From a virus: 64,000 bases of DNA. Shown piece by piece: positions 27,321 through 37,248 of the stretch. The position numbers and the translations under genes were made by a program. Position 1 is the stretch's first letter, and each line of letters opens with the position of its first letter. The stretch is taken from IMG/VR virus record IMGVR_UViG_3300009124_000001, one strand, 5' to 3'. The notes below the pieces were generated by a model. The model saw only the letters and a list, made by a program, of their open reading frames with translations, made no database searches and was not told the origin of the DNA.

Positions 27321-27649
27321 TTACCAATGGCGTCTCTAATTGCTTCAACCTGTTCAGGTGTAGGTTCCTGATCAATCTCGATAGGTTCAGTGGGCATCTC
27401 GGGGTTCACAGTTTCCAGTTCTTCAACTGCTGCTTGGAGATTATCGATGTCGGGGTTATCGAGACGTTCAATCTCACCCATAGTTCCGTTGTAGTATCTC
27501 TTCCATGCTTTCAGCATCTTCTTACGACCCTTAGGATCGTCAGGATACTTACGAAGGATCTTTGCAAGACCACTGAGTTTTCTCACACCGTCAGCGAGAC
27601 GGCGGTTGGTCCTCTCTTCACCAGGAGAACCACCAAAACCTTTACCCAT
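27317..27649 (-). CDS. hypothetical protein
   Basis: 110 aa, coupled on both sides. Confidence 0.7.
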   Translation of the reverse strand: MGKGFGGSPGEERTNRRLADGVRKLSGLAKILRKYPDDPKGRKKMLKAWKRYYNGTMGEIERLDNPDIDNLQAAVEELETVNPEMPTEPIEIDQEPTPEQVEAIRDAIGK

Positions 27650-30600
27650 TAATAAACTTCCTCAATTGTTACTCTAAATTTGATGCGATCTAAGGCACGA
27701 TCTGATTGACAAATATACCACACATTAGAATCTCTGTTGTGTGACTCTTGGTATATCGCTTCCTTAGGTTGGAAAGAGTTGTTGAATCTGTCCTCAGCAT
27801 CCTCACCCACAGTCTTTGTACGAATTCTCGTAGGAAGATTTACACCAGAGTTAGCATCTCTGGGGTAGTGTGGTGTGCTGGGATTGCTGTTAGCATCTTC
27901 ATACGTCCCTTTCCTGGGTTGTCTAGGTGGCCATTCAAGATCGAAGGACTGACCTTTGGAGTATGCATAACCTTCATCAAGAACATCGAAGAGTTCGATT
28001 GCACATCCCCAGTAGATACTGTTACCAGATCTGGGGTTGCTTGATCTTGATGAATCTTTGACAGTGTATGGCCAGAATGCCATGCGAAGTTTACCTGTTA
28101 CGGCATTCGATTTCTTCTTGTTGCCATACTCACCAAGAATATAGTCATGCATGAAGGACATTTTACTATATTGTCCACCAGATGTCACGGCAGATCCCTT
28201 AGGATATCCACCACCAGAATTTATACCAGTAGCGTAGTAGGAATCGAAGGACTGGATGGTGTTGTATGTGTTCAGGGCACTAGAAGATCTGAACTGTGCA
28301 AACCATGCGTTGAATCCCTGAGAGTTTGACATGTGTACATAGTCTCTCAGTTGAGAGTATTGATTCCCTGCTGATGGTTTACAAATGAGACCACGACCAT
28401 GCTCAAACAGTGAGTTGTAATAGATACCTCTACCACTTCTGACACTAGGAGAAGCAGAAGATGGTCCTGTGGAGTCTATCTGAGTGCTTAGAACGTGACC
28501 TCTGCGGTTACCAGAGTCCTCATAGAATCCATGACTGGGTGCAAAAGAGTTCCACTCGTCACCAGCATAGTAAACACTATTCCATATTGCTGCCTGACCA
28601 TTAGATCCATTGGTATCCAACTGACCCTCATCCCAAACACTGATCTTATCTGTCCATTCGTTCTGTCGATAGTCCCACAGTTGAATGGAGACTTTCTTGA
28701 TGCGACCACCAGAAGTGATGTTTGCACCAGTCTGTCCATTGATTCTAGGATTAGCAGAAGCAACCTCTGTACGACCTTGTGCCTCACCAACGTTGGGTGT
28801 GGTGCCAACATCAAAGTTCCATGGTTTCTCAAAGACCTGAGCAGCACGATCAAACAAAGCAAGACCCATCGATGCCATACCAGTCAGCGGACCTCTGCGG
28901 ATGTTCGCCAGTTCAAAGGTAACTGTATCACCCTTAGCAACAGTAAAGTCTGCAAAGTTATGTCCGATGAACGGCCAGTTCTTTACTGAGTAGATGCCTT
29001 CAAAAACTACACTTCCATTCTTCTTCAATCTAAAAGTAAACTTGATCTTCTCAGACTCAGGAGAACGAATGATAGCGCCAAATGCTTTCAGACTTAATTG
29101 AGCACTCCTCTGTGCTGTGATCGTCTGAACAGTATTGATTGAGTTGGTGTATTCGCCATGACACTTACCACTTTCAGATATGTTGTGCTGGTTTGTGCTA
29201 CTTGCTGGTGTCTTGGGACCACATTCTGCTCGGAACAACATAGCATTAGTGAAAACATCATCAAAGATATTTTCATTACACCCCTCCCTAACCATGATAT
29301 CAATCATGATAGGTTCAGGTCTGTCTCTATCGTAGACATAACATTCGATTCCTTCATACTCCCATTCAGAACCAGGAGTACCAATTTCATAACGAATCTT
29401 GAAGTCATCAAAGTCATCATCACCATCGAGAAGATCCTCCCACCACTGCCAGTCATTACCATGGAAGACAACTTTTGAATCTCGATTGGGGTTCATCCGA
29501 TGGTTGGAGAAGAACACCCAATTACTCTCAACAGATGATGAGTGCTTCCATCCAGGTGCCTGGCGACTAAACGAAATACTCTGACCATCACTCAGACCAC
29601 CAGAGTTACCATTAGGAATCATGAAGAATACAAGATCTTTACCCTTGTATGCTTTCAAGGTGGACAGAGGGATTGTGTACTGAGTAGACTCGATGTCTCT
29701 ATTAGCATCGGCAACAATGACTCTTGCCCAATAGATATCATCACCATCTTTATTAGTAATACAAACACCCCACGAGTTGTGGTATGCAGCAGTACCTTCC
29801 TTAATGTTATATGTGATGGTGAAAGGAACCTTAGGATCAGAAGGAATCCTATAACTTAGTCTGCTCGAATCGTAGTTTGGAGGTGTGTCAGTGTTCGCCA
29901 TCTTGACTAGCGAATACATGTGGTCATCGTTTTGCGAAATAGTTGAACGAGAACCACCGATACGAATCATCGCATTACAATCAGATCCATCACCATCGCG
30001 CAGACACAACGCTTTGTTGTTATCCTTTCGCGTACTGCCCTGGTATCCAGTGATAGTTACTGGGTAAGTCTGGCCACTGGTTACAGGGATGCTAAAAGAT
30101 TTAGATCCTTTCTCACCTTTACGAGTGACAGTCTTACCACCAATGGTGATGGTATTAAATGAAACCCCAGCATTGCCAGGATCATCATCCCATTCAACAT
30201 AGATTTTAAGATCACCTGAACCACCACCACCAACAACAATGTTATTACTGCTATTAAATGAACCCGTGACGGTACTAACACCATCGTTATAGTACCGATA
30301 GAGTTCTTGAATGCGCTCACCCTCAGCAAGCCACCCCGTTGCCTTGTCTTTGGTTCTAAACCCATACCCCAGGAAAATGCCCTCAGTGTACCCTCCACGG
30401 TCCAGGAAGGCACGTTCACCTGCACCAGGACCATCAGGTTGCCCTGGGTTAGCAGTTAGCATGGTGTCCGACACAGTGTCAGAGTAGAACCTGAAAATAG
30501 GTACAGCACCCTCTACACTCTCTTTGAGAAGATAGAACACAGGGTCAGATCCATTCAGGACATATCCAGGTTTGTCTGGTGTGGGTGTCAGACCATAACG

Positions 30601-32073
30601 ATGGTCCTGTCCAGCAGATGAACCCTCAATAACTTCAAGTCTCACATCACAAGTTCTTTTACCAGCGTTGAATGAATAGTCAACAACTGTACCAGCAGTA
30701 GGTAGACTTCCAGTGAAACCAGAGATCCACCACTCAGTATCAAACTCACCATTATCATTGATTGCTGTTACGTTGAAAGTAACCGTGGCACCACCAACAC
30801 TCACGTTATATGTTTGAGTGCCTGCACTATTGAAGAATAAGTTACCTGCCTCAACGAACACTTTTCTACCGTTGAAGTTACCAGAAGAGTCTGTGGTCAC
30901 AACACGAAGGTTGTGCTTAGCAAATGAACCTTGTGTACCACCTTTTTTACCAGAACTGATAGGTGTTAGTTGGATATTAGTACCAGGATCTCCCTTGATA
31001 TATTCGTAGATAGGTTGACGTTCTGGGAAGCAGTTGGCAACACAAATCTTTCTAGTTGTGCTGTTCTGTCCTCTGAAATAGAAGTTGTCACAGTCTGCTG
31101 GTGGAGTTCTCCAAGTACCAGTTGTGTATGGTTTGAAGATACAATCAAGTGCCTCTTGCACACACGTATCCCAACCAGGATCTGGATCATCGTCACGATA
31201 GTTACAAGTTAGAATCTCACCCGTTCTTGCACCGCTGGTAACGATCCACTTATCTTTCTGCCTAGGATAATTGTATCGTTTGATGATGCCTTGAAGTTTG
31301 AACTCATGCACAGTGGCACAATCACCACCATCAGGAACACTGGGATCAATATCTGGATCTGGAATAGTTGGTCTAGGTTGCTCGTCACACAGAGGAAGAC
31401 TAGGGAAGTATTCACACAACCAACACCAAGGACACTCTGGGAATACAGGAGTTACGGTTGGTTCATCATCTTCTTCTACTGCAATGATAGGGGGAGCAGG
31501 AATTGCAGGATAACATCTCTGCACAATGTTCCTGATGACCTCACCTGCAACAGGATCAGTAATGTCATCATCATCGGGAAGTCTAGGTCTGGGATATATG
31601 TTTTCGTTCGGACTAGGAATGTTAGGTATTAAAGGACCATAACAATTTTGCACCAGTTGCCTAATAATATCGCTTCCATTAGGCGGCACGGGTGCCAGTG
31701 TAATTTCTTTTGCAGGGGTGGGATAGTAAGGACCAGGGTCAGGTCTCAGAGGAATCTCACCTGCATAGCAGTTTGATACGACAGCACGGACCAGATCAGA
31801 ACCAGTGGGCACAAACTGTGTCGGCGGTTCTGGATTGACTGGTCTGAGGTTGGTGACAGCAGGAGAGTCAGGACTCTGTGGTTGTATAGGATTTGCAACT
31901 GCACCAACCTCATAACAATTACCCACTGTCAGGCGAACTTGATCACCAGCAGCGGGTACAGGGACAGGAGCAGGTTCCCCTCTCCTAGCGATCGGGTAAT
32001 TATTTGCAGCACTGGTTGTACTGCTCGGGAGCAGTGGGATATCACCAGAATAACAAGGATTACCCGCAACCAT
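27649..32073 (-). CDS. large virion structural/adhesin-like protein
   Basis: 1474 aa; Pro-rich CY repeats; DUF5648-like PIFRFY...ER...GY repeats; DUF4114-like WEDLLDGDDDFDD. Confidence 0.65.
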   Translation of the reverse strand: MVAGNPCYSGDIPLLPSSTTSAANNYPIARRGEPAPVPVPAAGDQVRLTVGNCYEVGAVANPIQPQSPDSPAVTNLRPVNPEPPTQFVPTGSDLVRAVVSNCYAGEIPLRPDPGPYYPTPAKEITLAPVPPNGSDIIRQLVQNCYGPLIPNIPSPNENIYPRPRLPDDDDITDPVAGEVIRNIVQRCYPAIPAPPIIAVEEDDEPTVTPVFPECPWCWLCEYFPSLPLCDEQPRPTIPDPDIDPSVPDGGDCATVHEFKLQGIIKRYNYPRQKDKWIVTSGARTGEILTCNYRDDDPDPGWDTCVQEALDCIFKPYTTGTWRTPPADCDNFYFRGQNSTTRKICVANCFPERQPIYEYIKGDPGTNIQLTPISSGKKGGTQGSFAKHNLRVVTTDSSGNFNGRKVFVEAGNLFFNSAGTQTYNVSVGGATVTFNVTAINDNGEFDTEWWISGFTGSLPTAGTVVDYSFNAGKRTCDVRLEVIEGSSAGQDHRYGLTPTPDKPGYVLNGSDPVFYLLKESVEGAVPIFRFYSDTVSDTMLTANPGQPDGPGAGERAFLDRGGYTEGIFLGYGFRTKDKATGWLAEGERIQELYRYYNDGVSTVTGSFNSSNNIVVGGGGSGDLKIYVEWDDDPGNAGVSFNTITIGGKTVTRKGEKGSKSFSIPVTSGQTYPVTITGYQGSTRKDNNKALCLRDGDGSDCNAMIRIGGSRSTISQNDDHMYSLVKMANTDTPPNYDSSRLSYRIPSDPKVPFTITYNIKEGTAAYHNSWGVCITNKDGDDIYWARVIVADANRDIESTQYTIPLSTLKAYKGKDLVFFMIPNGNSGGLSDGQSISFSRQAPGWKHSSSVESNWVFFSNHRMNPNRDSKVVFHGNDWQWWEDLLDGDDDFDDFKIRYEIGTPGSEWEYEGIECYVYDRDRPEPIMIDIMVREGCNENIFDDVFTNAMLFRAECGPKTPASSTNQHNISESGKCHGEYTNSINTVQTITAQRSAQLSLKAFGAIIRSPESEKIKFTFRLKKNGSVVFEGIYSVKNWPFIGHNFADFTVAKGDTVTFELANIRRGPLTGMASMGLALFDRAAQVFEKPWNFDVGTTPNVGEAQGRTEVASANPRINGQTGANITSGGRIKKVSIQLWDYRQNEWTDKISVWDEGQLDTNGSNGQAAIWNSVYYAGDEWNSFAPSHGFYEDSGNRRGHVLSTQIDSTGPSSASPSVRSGRGIYYNSLFEHGRGLICKPSAGNQYSQLRDYVHMSNSQGFNAWFAQFRSSSALNTYNTIQSFDSYYATGINSGGGYPKGSAVTSGGQYSKMSFMHDYILGEYGNKKKSNAVTGKLRMAFWPYTVKDSSRSSNPRSGNSIYWGCAIELFDVLDEGYAYSKGQSFDLEWPPRQPRKGTYEDANSNPSTPHYPRDANSGVNLPTRIRTKTVGEDAEDRFNNSFQPKEAIYQESHNRDSNVWYICQSDRALDRIKFRVTIEEVY

Positions 32074-32081
32074 ATCGTGAT

Positions 32082-32738
32082 TTACTTAACGATATATTTA
32101 TTCTCCTCCAACCACTGCCTTGTTAATGGAGTTGGAGGATACACTTCCCACATCTTGCCCCTAGCACACGCTTCAAGCGCCCTCTGGGTCATTCCCTCAG
32201 TCTTTCCTGCCCAGGTTGCTTCCGCCTCCCAAGGGACCGCTGAGGAGGGGTAGGTGCGCTCTACCATCTCTCTCCACATAGGTGGAACATCTTCCTCTGG
32301 TTTGATGATGGCAATCATAGAGTTCTTGATAGAACCTGCCATACAGTCTTGTGCAGCGTGCCATCCTTCATGCCTCATAACACTCATGAGCACATGTGGG
32401 CGATGCATGAATGCTTTATTTAGATAGAAGTTGTTGCTAACAGTATGGTAGACACCACGATGACCAACTGGGAAGTATTTCTGGTCTGCAAGATAAACTT
32501 TCACACCAATTTCATCGAGAGTCCTTAATAGGTTATTGAATTCTAATGCTATTGATGTGAAGTCTTCCATGTTCTCGTAGTTAGAACTAATGTCTAACAC
32601 AGTAAACACTTCATCTACACCATCAGTACACTCGCGAAGGAGCATACAACCCATAGCGTCTGCTGTAAAGTATCCCTTCGTTGGTTCTGCCATTGCAGGT
32701 GCCGCCAACAAGAGACCCGACAGAATATACTTGAACAT
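32082..32738 (-). CDS. secreted protein with HEXXH zincin-like motif
   Basis: Signal peptide; MRHEGWHAAQDC and a downstream EAEA. Confidence 0.7.
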   Translation of the reverse strand: MFKYILSGLLLAAPAMAEPTKGYFTADAMGCMLLRECTDGVDEVFTVLDISSNYENMEDFTSIALEFNNLLRTLDEIGVKVYLADQKYFPVGHRGVYHTVSNNFYLNKAFMHRPHVLMSVMRHEGWHAAQDCMAGSIKNSMIAIIKPEEDVPPMWREMVERTYPSSAVPWEAEATWAGKTEGMTQRALEACARGKMWEVYPPTPLTRQWLEENKYIVK

Positions 32739-32763
32739 AAAAAAGAGGGTCGATAGACCCTCT
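32739..32763 (-). terminator. terminator after psbD
   Basis: AGAGGGTC-TATC-GACCCTCT-TTTTT. Confidence 0.75.
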
Positions 32764-32770
32764 AAGTATA

Positions 32771-33826
32771 TCACAGAGCGTTGCCCCTAGGCAAGACTTC
32801 CTCTGGAAATACAAAATTTTCGTGTGGTTGGTCAACTGGTGCCATCCAAGCACGAAGACCTTCGTTGAGAAGAATGTTCTTGGTGTAGAACGTCTCGAAC
32901 TCAGGATCTTCTGCTGCTCTGACCTCCTGACTCACAAAATCATAAGCCCTAAGATTAAGAGCAAGACCAATAATCCCCAGACTACTGACCCAAAGACCCA
33001 TGACAGGAACAAAAAGCATAAAGAAATGCAACCAACGTTTATTGCTGAATGCGATGCCAAAAATCTGCGACCAGAAACGGTTAGCCGTGACCATAGAATA
33101 TGTCTCTTCCTCCTGAGTCGTATCAAATGCCTTAAAGGTGTTTGCTTGTTCACCATCTTCATACAGAGTGTTCTCTACTGTAACACCATGGATTGCAGAA
33201 AGCAATGCACCACCCAGGATACCTGCTACACCCATCATGTGGAAGGGGTTCAGGGTCCAGTTGTGGAACCCTTGCAGGAAGAGCAGGAAGCGGAAGATCG
33301 CTGCAACTCCAAAGGAAGGTGCAAAGAACCAACTTGACTGCCCAAGAGGATAGATGAGGAACACGCTGACAAAGACAGCGATAGGACCAGAGAAAGCAAT
33401 TGCATTGTAAGGACGGATACCGACGAGACGACTGATTTCAAACTGCCGAAGCATGAAACCTATGAGAGCAAAGGCTCCGTGGAGCGCCACAAAATTCCAG
33501 AGTCCCCCAAGTTGTAACCAGCGTTGGAAATCCCCCTGAGACTCAGGACCCCAAAGTAGAAGAAGAGAATGACCCATAGCATCAGCAGGCGTTGACACAG
33601 CCGCTGTAAGGAAATTAGCACCTTCAAGGTACGAACTTGCAAGTCCGTGGGTGTACCAACTTGTAACAAATGTCGTGCCCGTAAGCCAGCCACCAATTGC
33701 AAGATAAGCAGTGGGAAAAAGAAGAAGTCCAGACCAGCCCACAAATACAAACCGATCACGTTTAAGCCAGTCATCAAGGACATCAAACCACCCCCTTGTC
33801 GGAGGACTTAGTGTGCTTGCTACCAT
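32771..33826 (-). CDS. psbD: photosystem II D2 protein
   Basis: [24 protein letters not shown]...EVLPRGNAL. Confidence 0.99.
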   Translation of the reverse strand: MVASTLSPPTRGWFDVLDDWLKRDRFVFVGWSGLLLFPTAYLAIGGWLTGTTFVTSWYTHGLASSYLEGANFLTAAVSTPADAMGHSLLLLWGPESQGDFQRWLQLGGLWNFVALHGAFALIGFMLRQFEISRLVGIRPYNAIAFSGPIAVFVSVFLIYPLGQSSWFFAPSFGVAAIFRFLLFLQGFHNWTLNPFHMMGVAGILGGALLSAIHGVTVENTLYEDGEQANTFKAFDTTQEEETYSMVTANRFWSQIFGIAFSNKRWLHFFMLFVPVMGLWVSSLGIIGLALNLRAYDFVSQEVRAAEDPEFETFYTKNILLNEGLRAWMAPVDQPHENFVFPEEVLPRGNAL

Positions 33827-33914
33827 TTTTGTTTTCCTTTCGTAAGTAGAATAGTTGAGGCCAAGTATCGCGAATGATCTCGGCAAGTTTTGATGGTGTA
33901 TCTTTCGATATCAT
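33783..33914 (-). CDS. small hypothetical protein (43 aa, not in ORF track)
   Basis: [22 protein letters not shown]...; ATGA coupling to the upstream gene. Confidence 0.55.
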   Translation of the reverse strand: MISKDTPSKLAEIIRDTWPQLFYLRKENKNGSKHTKSSDKGVV

Positions 33915-34093
33915 TTTACCTTAGAGTAAATGGACGAATCACCATAGTCTCGGTGAAGTTTATACCCAACCACAGCACCTTTGGTGTTCATCAGTGCAGG
34001 CATAAAGACGATCGTCAGGAATACTGCTGGTGCTCCAACAAAGAGAAGAGCAACGATCACATAGTAAGTGAGCAATTCAATGAGGTCAGGCAT
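33911..34093 (-). CDS. small membrane protein downstream of psbA
   Basis: One long hydrophobic helix, PALMNTKG.VVGYK.H..YG. Confidence 0.75.
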   Translation of the reverse strand: MPDLIELLTYYVIVALLFVGAPAVFLTIVFMPALMNTKGAVVGYKLHRDYGDSSIYSKVK

Positions 34094-34116
34094 AATAAAA
34101 CTTTACATTGTGAGAG

Positions 34117-34143
34117 AAAAAGAAAGGGACCCGAAGGTCCCTT
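34117..34143 (-). terminator. terminator after psbA
   Basis: AAGGGACC-TTCG-GGTCCCTT-TCTTTTT. Confidence 0.85.
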
Positions 34144-34185
34144 AGTTGTTTTCTTAATAAACGTCAGTTATTAAGATTCCGAGTA

Positions 34186-35268
34186 TCAACCGATTGCAGG
34201 TGCAGTCAGTGCCACAGGAGTGGACTCAGCAGCAGCGAGGTCGAGAGGGAAGTTGTGGGCGTTACGCTCATGCATAACTTCCATACCCAGACCAGCACGG
34301 TTGAGAACGTCTGCCCAGGTGTTCAGGACGTGACCTTGGTTGTCCATGATGGACTGGTTGAAGTTGAAACCGTTCAGGTTGAACGCCATCGTGGAAACAC
34401 CAAGAGCGGTGAACCAGATGCCAACAACGGGCCATGCAGCAAGGAAGAAGTGCAGGGAGCGGGAGTTGTTGAACGAAGCGTATTGGAAGATCAGACGACC
34501 GAAGTAACCGTGAGCGGCAACGATGTTGTAGGTTTCCTCTTCTTGACCAAACTTGTAACCATAGTTCTGGGACTCGTTCTCGGTGGTTTCACGAACCAGC
34601 GAAGAAGTAACCAGACTTCCGTGCATAGCAGAGAAAAGAGATCCACCGAATACCCCAGCAACACCGAGCATGTGGAACGGGTGCATAAGGATATTGTGTT
34701 CTGCTTGGAAGACAAGCATGTAGTTAAAAGTACCAGAGATACCAAGAGGCATAGCATCGGAGAAAGAACCTTGACCGAAAGGATAGACGAGGAACACGGC
34801 GCTAGCAGCAGCAACAGGAGCACTGTAAGCAACGCAGATCCAAGGACGCATACCAAGACGATAGGAGAGTTCCCATTCACGACCCATGTAGGCATAGATG
34901 CCGATCAGGAAGTGGAAGACAACGAGTTGGAAAGGACCACCGTTGTAGAGCCATTCATCAAGAGATGCTGCTTCCCAGATGGGGTAGAAGTGAAGACCGA
35001 TAGCGTTAGAGGAAGGCACAACAGCACCAGAGATGATGTTGTTACCGTACATGAGCGAACCAGCGACGGGTTCGCGGATGCCGTCGATGTCCACAGGGGG
35101 AGCAGCGACGAAGGCAACGATGAAACAGATAGCAGCAGCGAGCAGCGTCGGGATCATCAGAACGCCGAACCAACCAACATACAGACGGTTGTTGGTGCTA
35201 GTAACCCAGGAGCAGAACTGTTCCCAGGATGAGATATTTTGTTGTTGTGAAAGAGTAGATTGAGCCAT
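34186..35268 (-). CDS. psbA: photosystem II D1 protein
   Basis: [15 protein letters not shown]...[13 protein letters not shown]; uninterrupted. Confidence 0.99.
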   Translation of the reverse strand: MAQSTLSQQQNISSWEQFCSWVTSTNNRLYVGWFGVLMIPTLLAAAICFIVAFVAAPPVDIDGIREPVAGSLMYGNNIISGAVVPSSNAIGLHFYPIWEAASLDEWLYNGGPFQLVVFHFLIGIYAYMGREWELSYRLGMRPWICVAYSAPVAAASAVFLVYPFGQGSFSDAMPLGISGTFNYMLVFQAEHNILMHPFHMLGVAGVFGGSLFSAMHGSLVTSSLVRETTENESQNYGYKFGQEEETYNIVAAHGYFGRLIFQYASFNNSRSLHFFLAAWPVVGIWFTALGVSTMAFNLNGFNFNQSIMDNQGHVLNTWADVLNRAGLGMEVMHERNAHNFPLDLAAAESTPVALTAPAIG

Positions 35269-35274
35269 TGTAAG

Positions 35275-35389
35275 TGAACTAGAAGTAAGACCATCAGGGG
35301 AATGGTGGAGTTACTATTTCCTTGCTACCCTCAGGCAAGGATATGAGAGACGGATTGGTAATCCTGCCTAGTCTCGGTCAAGCGGCAGG
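35275..35389 (-). ncRNA. PhotoRC-II-like structured psbA 5' leader
   Basis: CCTGCC/GGCAGG stem with GAGAC pairing to downstream GTCTC (pseudoknot), CCTTGC/GCAAGG stem, ACCAT/ATGGT stem; position upstream of phage psbA; family assignment from memory. Confidence 0.75.
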
Positions 35390-35436
35390 AGTGTTACACG
35401 ATGTTATGAAATGTAACATTTCGTAACCCGTTGACC

Positions 35437-35470
35437 TATTTATAATATACGGATTACCCAACTTTGTCAA
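35437..35470 (-). promoter_or_regulatory. psbA early (TTGACA-17bp-TATTAT) plus late (TATAAATA) promoters
   Basis: Motifs read directly. Confidence 0.8.
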
Positions 35471-35744
35471 CCCCTTCGAGGGGAACCAGTTCGTAATCTG
35501 GACCCTCCTGGTCTGTCTCGTGCAACCACGAGAGGAAGGTCTCGTACACTGCCTTGAAGGCAGCAGGGTCAGCGGCATTGCCACGGTACTCTTCTAGGAT
35601 ACCACGACACATGCCCTGAGAGGTGAAGTCATGACAAAATTCATATGCCTTCCTATCAATAGGGACCTTGTGTAGGATAAGTGCAGCCAAACAAAAGCGC
35701 CTCTCATCGAGACGCTCAGGACTGTATCTCCAATCTTCATTCAT
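35454..35744 (-). CDS. hypothetical protein
   Basis: MNEDWRYS...YEFCHDF. Confidence 0.7.
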   Translation of the reverse strand: MNEDWRYSPERLDERRFCLAALILHKVPIDRKAYEFCHDFTSQGMCRGILEEYRGNAADPAAFKAVYETFLSWLHETDQEGPDYELVPLEGVDKVG

Positions 35745-35917
35745 AGGGATACACAACGTAGTTCTTGTTGAATTGTAGCACGAGAGGTACACATTGTCTT
35801 GCAGAGGAACATATAGAACTCTGCTTTTGATTTAGAAATGTTGGTGTAGTGGTTCAGTCTGACCCACTTACCATCGTAGTTAAATTCTAATGCGTATCTC
35901 TCCATTGTTATCTGCAT
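35741..35917 (-). CDS. small hypothetical protein (not in ORF track; start 35917 or 35905)
   Basis: MQITMERYALEFNYDGKWVRLNHY...; ATGA coupling to the next gene. Confidence 0.55.
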   Translation of the reverse strand: MQITMERYALEFNYDGKWVRLNHYTNISKSKAEFYMFLCKTMCTSRATIQQELRCVSL

Positions 35918-35937
35918 TCATATGCAGATATTTATTG

Positions 35938-36012
35938 TCACTCATCCCCATCTTGGGTGAGGATTGCAGCGCCAGCAAACGTTGCGAACATTATACCAGC
36001 GACTGCTAACAT
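35938..36012 (-). CDS. 24 aa hydrophobic micro-ORF
   Basis: MLAVAGIMFATFAGAAILTQDGDE immediately after hli. Confidence 0.4.
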   Translation of the reverse strand: MLAVAGIMFATFAGAAILTQDGDE

Positions 36013-36020
36013 CCACAGCA

Positions 36021-36128
36021 CTACCAAATACCAGGGATAATCTGACCAGTGGTGGCGTAGGAACCCATGGCGGCAACGATGCCGATCATAGCGAACCAAC
36101 CATTAATGCGTTCTGCGTTTTCGTTCAT
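36021..36128 (-). CDS. hli: high-light-inducible protein (35 aa, not in ORF track)
   Basis: MNENAERINGWFAMIGIVAAMGSYATTGQIIPGIW. Confidence 0.95.
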   Translation of the reverse strand: MNENAERINGWFAMIGIVAAMGSYATTGQIIPGIW

Positions 36129-36631
36129 TGTTCTTTAAGGTAGTTGAGTACAGTGTCAGGATCGCTGACTTCATATGGATCGACGGGGCAGTTGCCAATC
36201 TTTCCAGGTTCTTCAAAAATTACTTCGATCTCACCGTTGTTAACAACCATGGCATAACGCCAGGAACGGAACCCGAACCCAAGGTTCGCTTTGTTAACAG
36301 ACATACCCATGGCATAAGTGAATTCACCACTACCATCAGGAATGGGTTTAACATTCTCAATATTCTGATCTTTGAACCAAGCATTCATAACGAAGGAATC
36401 GTTCACAGAGATGCAATACACATCGTCCACATACTTCATGAACTCAGGAAACTTCTCTTCATATCCAGGGAGTTGGAAAGAAGAACAAGTGGGAGTAAAT
36501 GCACCAGGCAGGGAAAAGACAACCACTCTCTTGCCAGAGAAAATATCAGTGCTAGGAATGTCTGCCCATCCACCTTCCTTACGGAAGTGCCAGGTGACCT
36601 CAGGTACTCTTGTCATTGTCAGTCTGTTCAT
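36125..36631 (-). CDS. peroxiredoxin (Prx5/type II-like)
   Basis: FSLPGAFTPTCS...SVNDSFVM.AW...RSWRYAM. Confidence 0.92.
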   Translation of the reverse strand: MNRLTMTRVPEVTWHFRKEGGWADIPSTDIFSGKRVVVFSLPGAFTPTCSSFQLPGYEEKFPEFMKYVDDVYCISVNDSFVMNAWFKDQNIENVKPIPDGSGEFTYAMGMSVNKANLGFGFRSWRYAMVVNNGEIEVIFEEPGKIGNCPVDPYEVSDPDTVLNYLKEQ

Positions 36632-36869
36632 TAGGTTTACTCGGTTCAAAGGGAGAGCGAGTTCGGTTCTTGATCACAATAAATGCATCTTTTTGATAGG
36701 TGGTAGTACCGAACTGCTTCGCCCATTTAGGATTAGCATCAGGTGGTTGCTTGATACCAGAAGTACAAACACCACCCACTTCAAGCACAAGGTCATCAGT
36801 TCTCACATCCCACCCTAAGGTGTTGATGAGTTCCCAAAGACCTTCTTGGGTAAAGGTTTCTGTTGCCAT
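36600..36869 (-). CDS. conserved cyanophage hypothetical protein
   Basis: LGWD...GI...NPKWA..FG...Y.KDAFIVIKNR. Confidence 0.78.
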   Translation of the reverse strand: MATETFTQEGLWELINTLGWDVRTDDLVLEVGGVCTSGIKQPPDANPKWAKQFGTTTYQKDAFIVIKNRTRSPFEPSKPNEQTDNDKST

Positions 36870-37162
36870 CAGTAAAGATTCTCTTCTTGGTCTGCCAGGA
36901 CAACACAGTCGCTGAGCGGATAGGACACACAGGTGAGGAGGAAACCTTCGGCAATTTGATCATCATCCAGGAAGGATTGATCGCCTTGGTCTACCGTACC
37001 CGAGATGAGTTTTCCTGCACAACTCGAACAGGCACCAGCGCGGCACGAGTAGTTGATGTCAACGCCTGCTTCCTCAGCAGCGTCCAGAATATACTGATCG
37101 TCAGCACACTCAAAAGTAGATTCAGTTCCATCGGATTGTTGTACGGTAATGTTGTAGGCCAT
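36869..37162 (-). CDS. petF: plant-type [2Fe-2S] ferredoxin
   Basis: [14 protein letters not shown]...LTCVSYP. Confidence 0.97.
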   Translation of the reverse strand: MAYNITVQQSDGTESTFECADDQYILDAAEEAGVDINYSCRAGACSSCAGKLISGTVDQGDQSFLDDDQIAEGFLLTCVSYPLSDCVVLADQEENLY

Positions 37163-37248
37163 CAGTAGGTTTCAGAAAGTTGTTGTACGGAATATGCTAG
37201 CAGTACAAAGAATGCAACTGCTGTCGCCGTGAATACAAATTCTGTCAT
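37162..37248 (-). CDS. 28 aa membrane micro-protein (not in ORF track)
   Basis: [28 protein letters not shown]; TGATG coupling on both sides. Confidence 0.65.
   Translation of the reverse strand: MTEFVFTATAVAFFVLLAYSVQQLSETY

Noticed and set aside
34255-35232. 325 aa plus-strand ORF antisense to psbA
   Set aside because: Same shadow-ORF artefact of codon bias
32771-35268. Group I intron or homing endonuclease in or between psbA and psbD
   Set aside because: Both genes are continuous and full length; the intergenic ORFs are tiny and lack nuclease motifs
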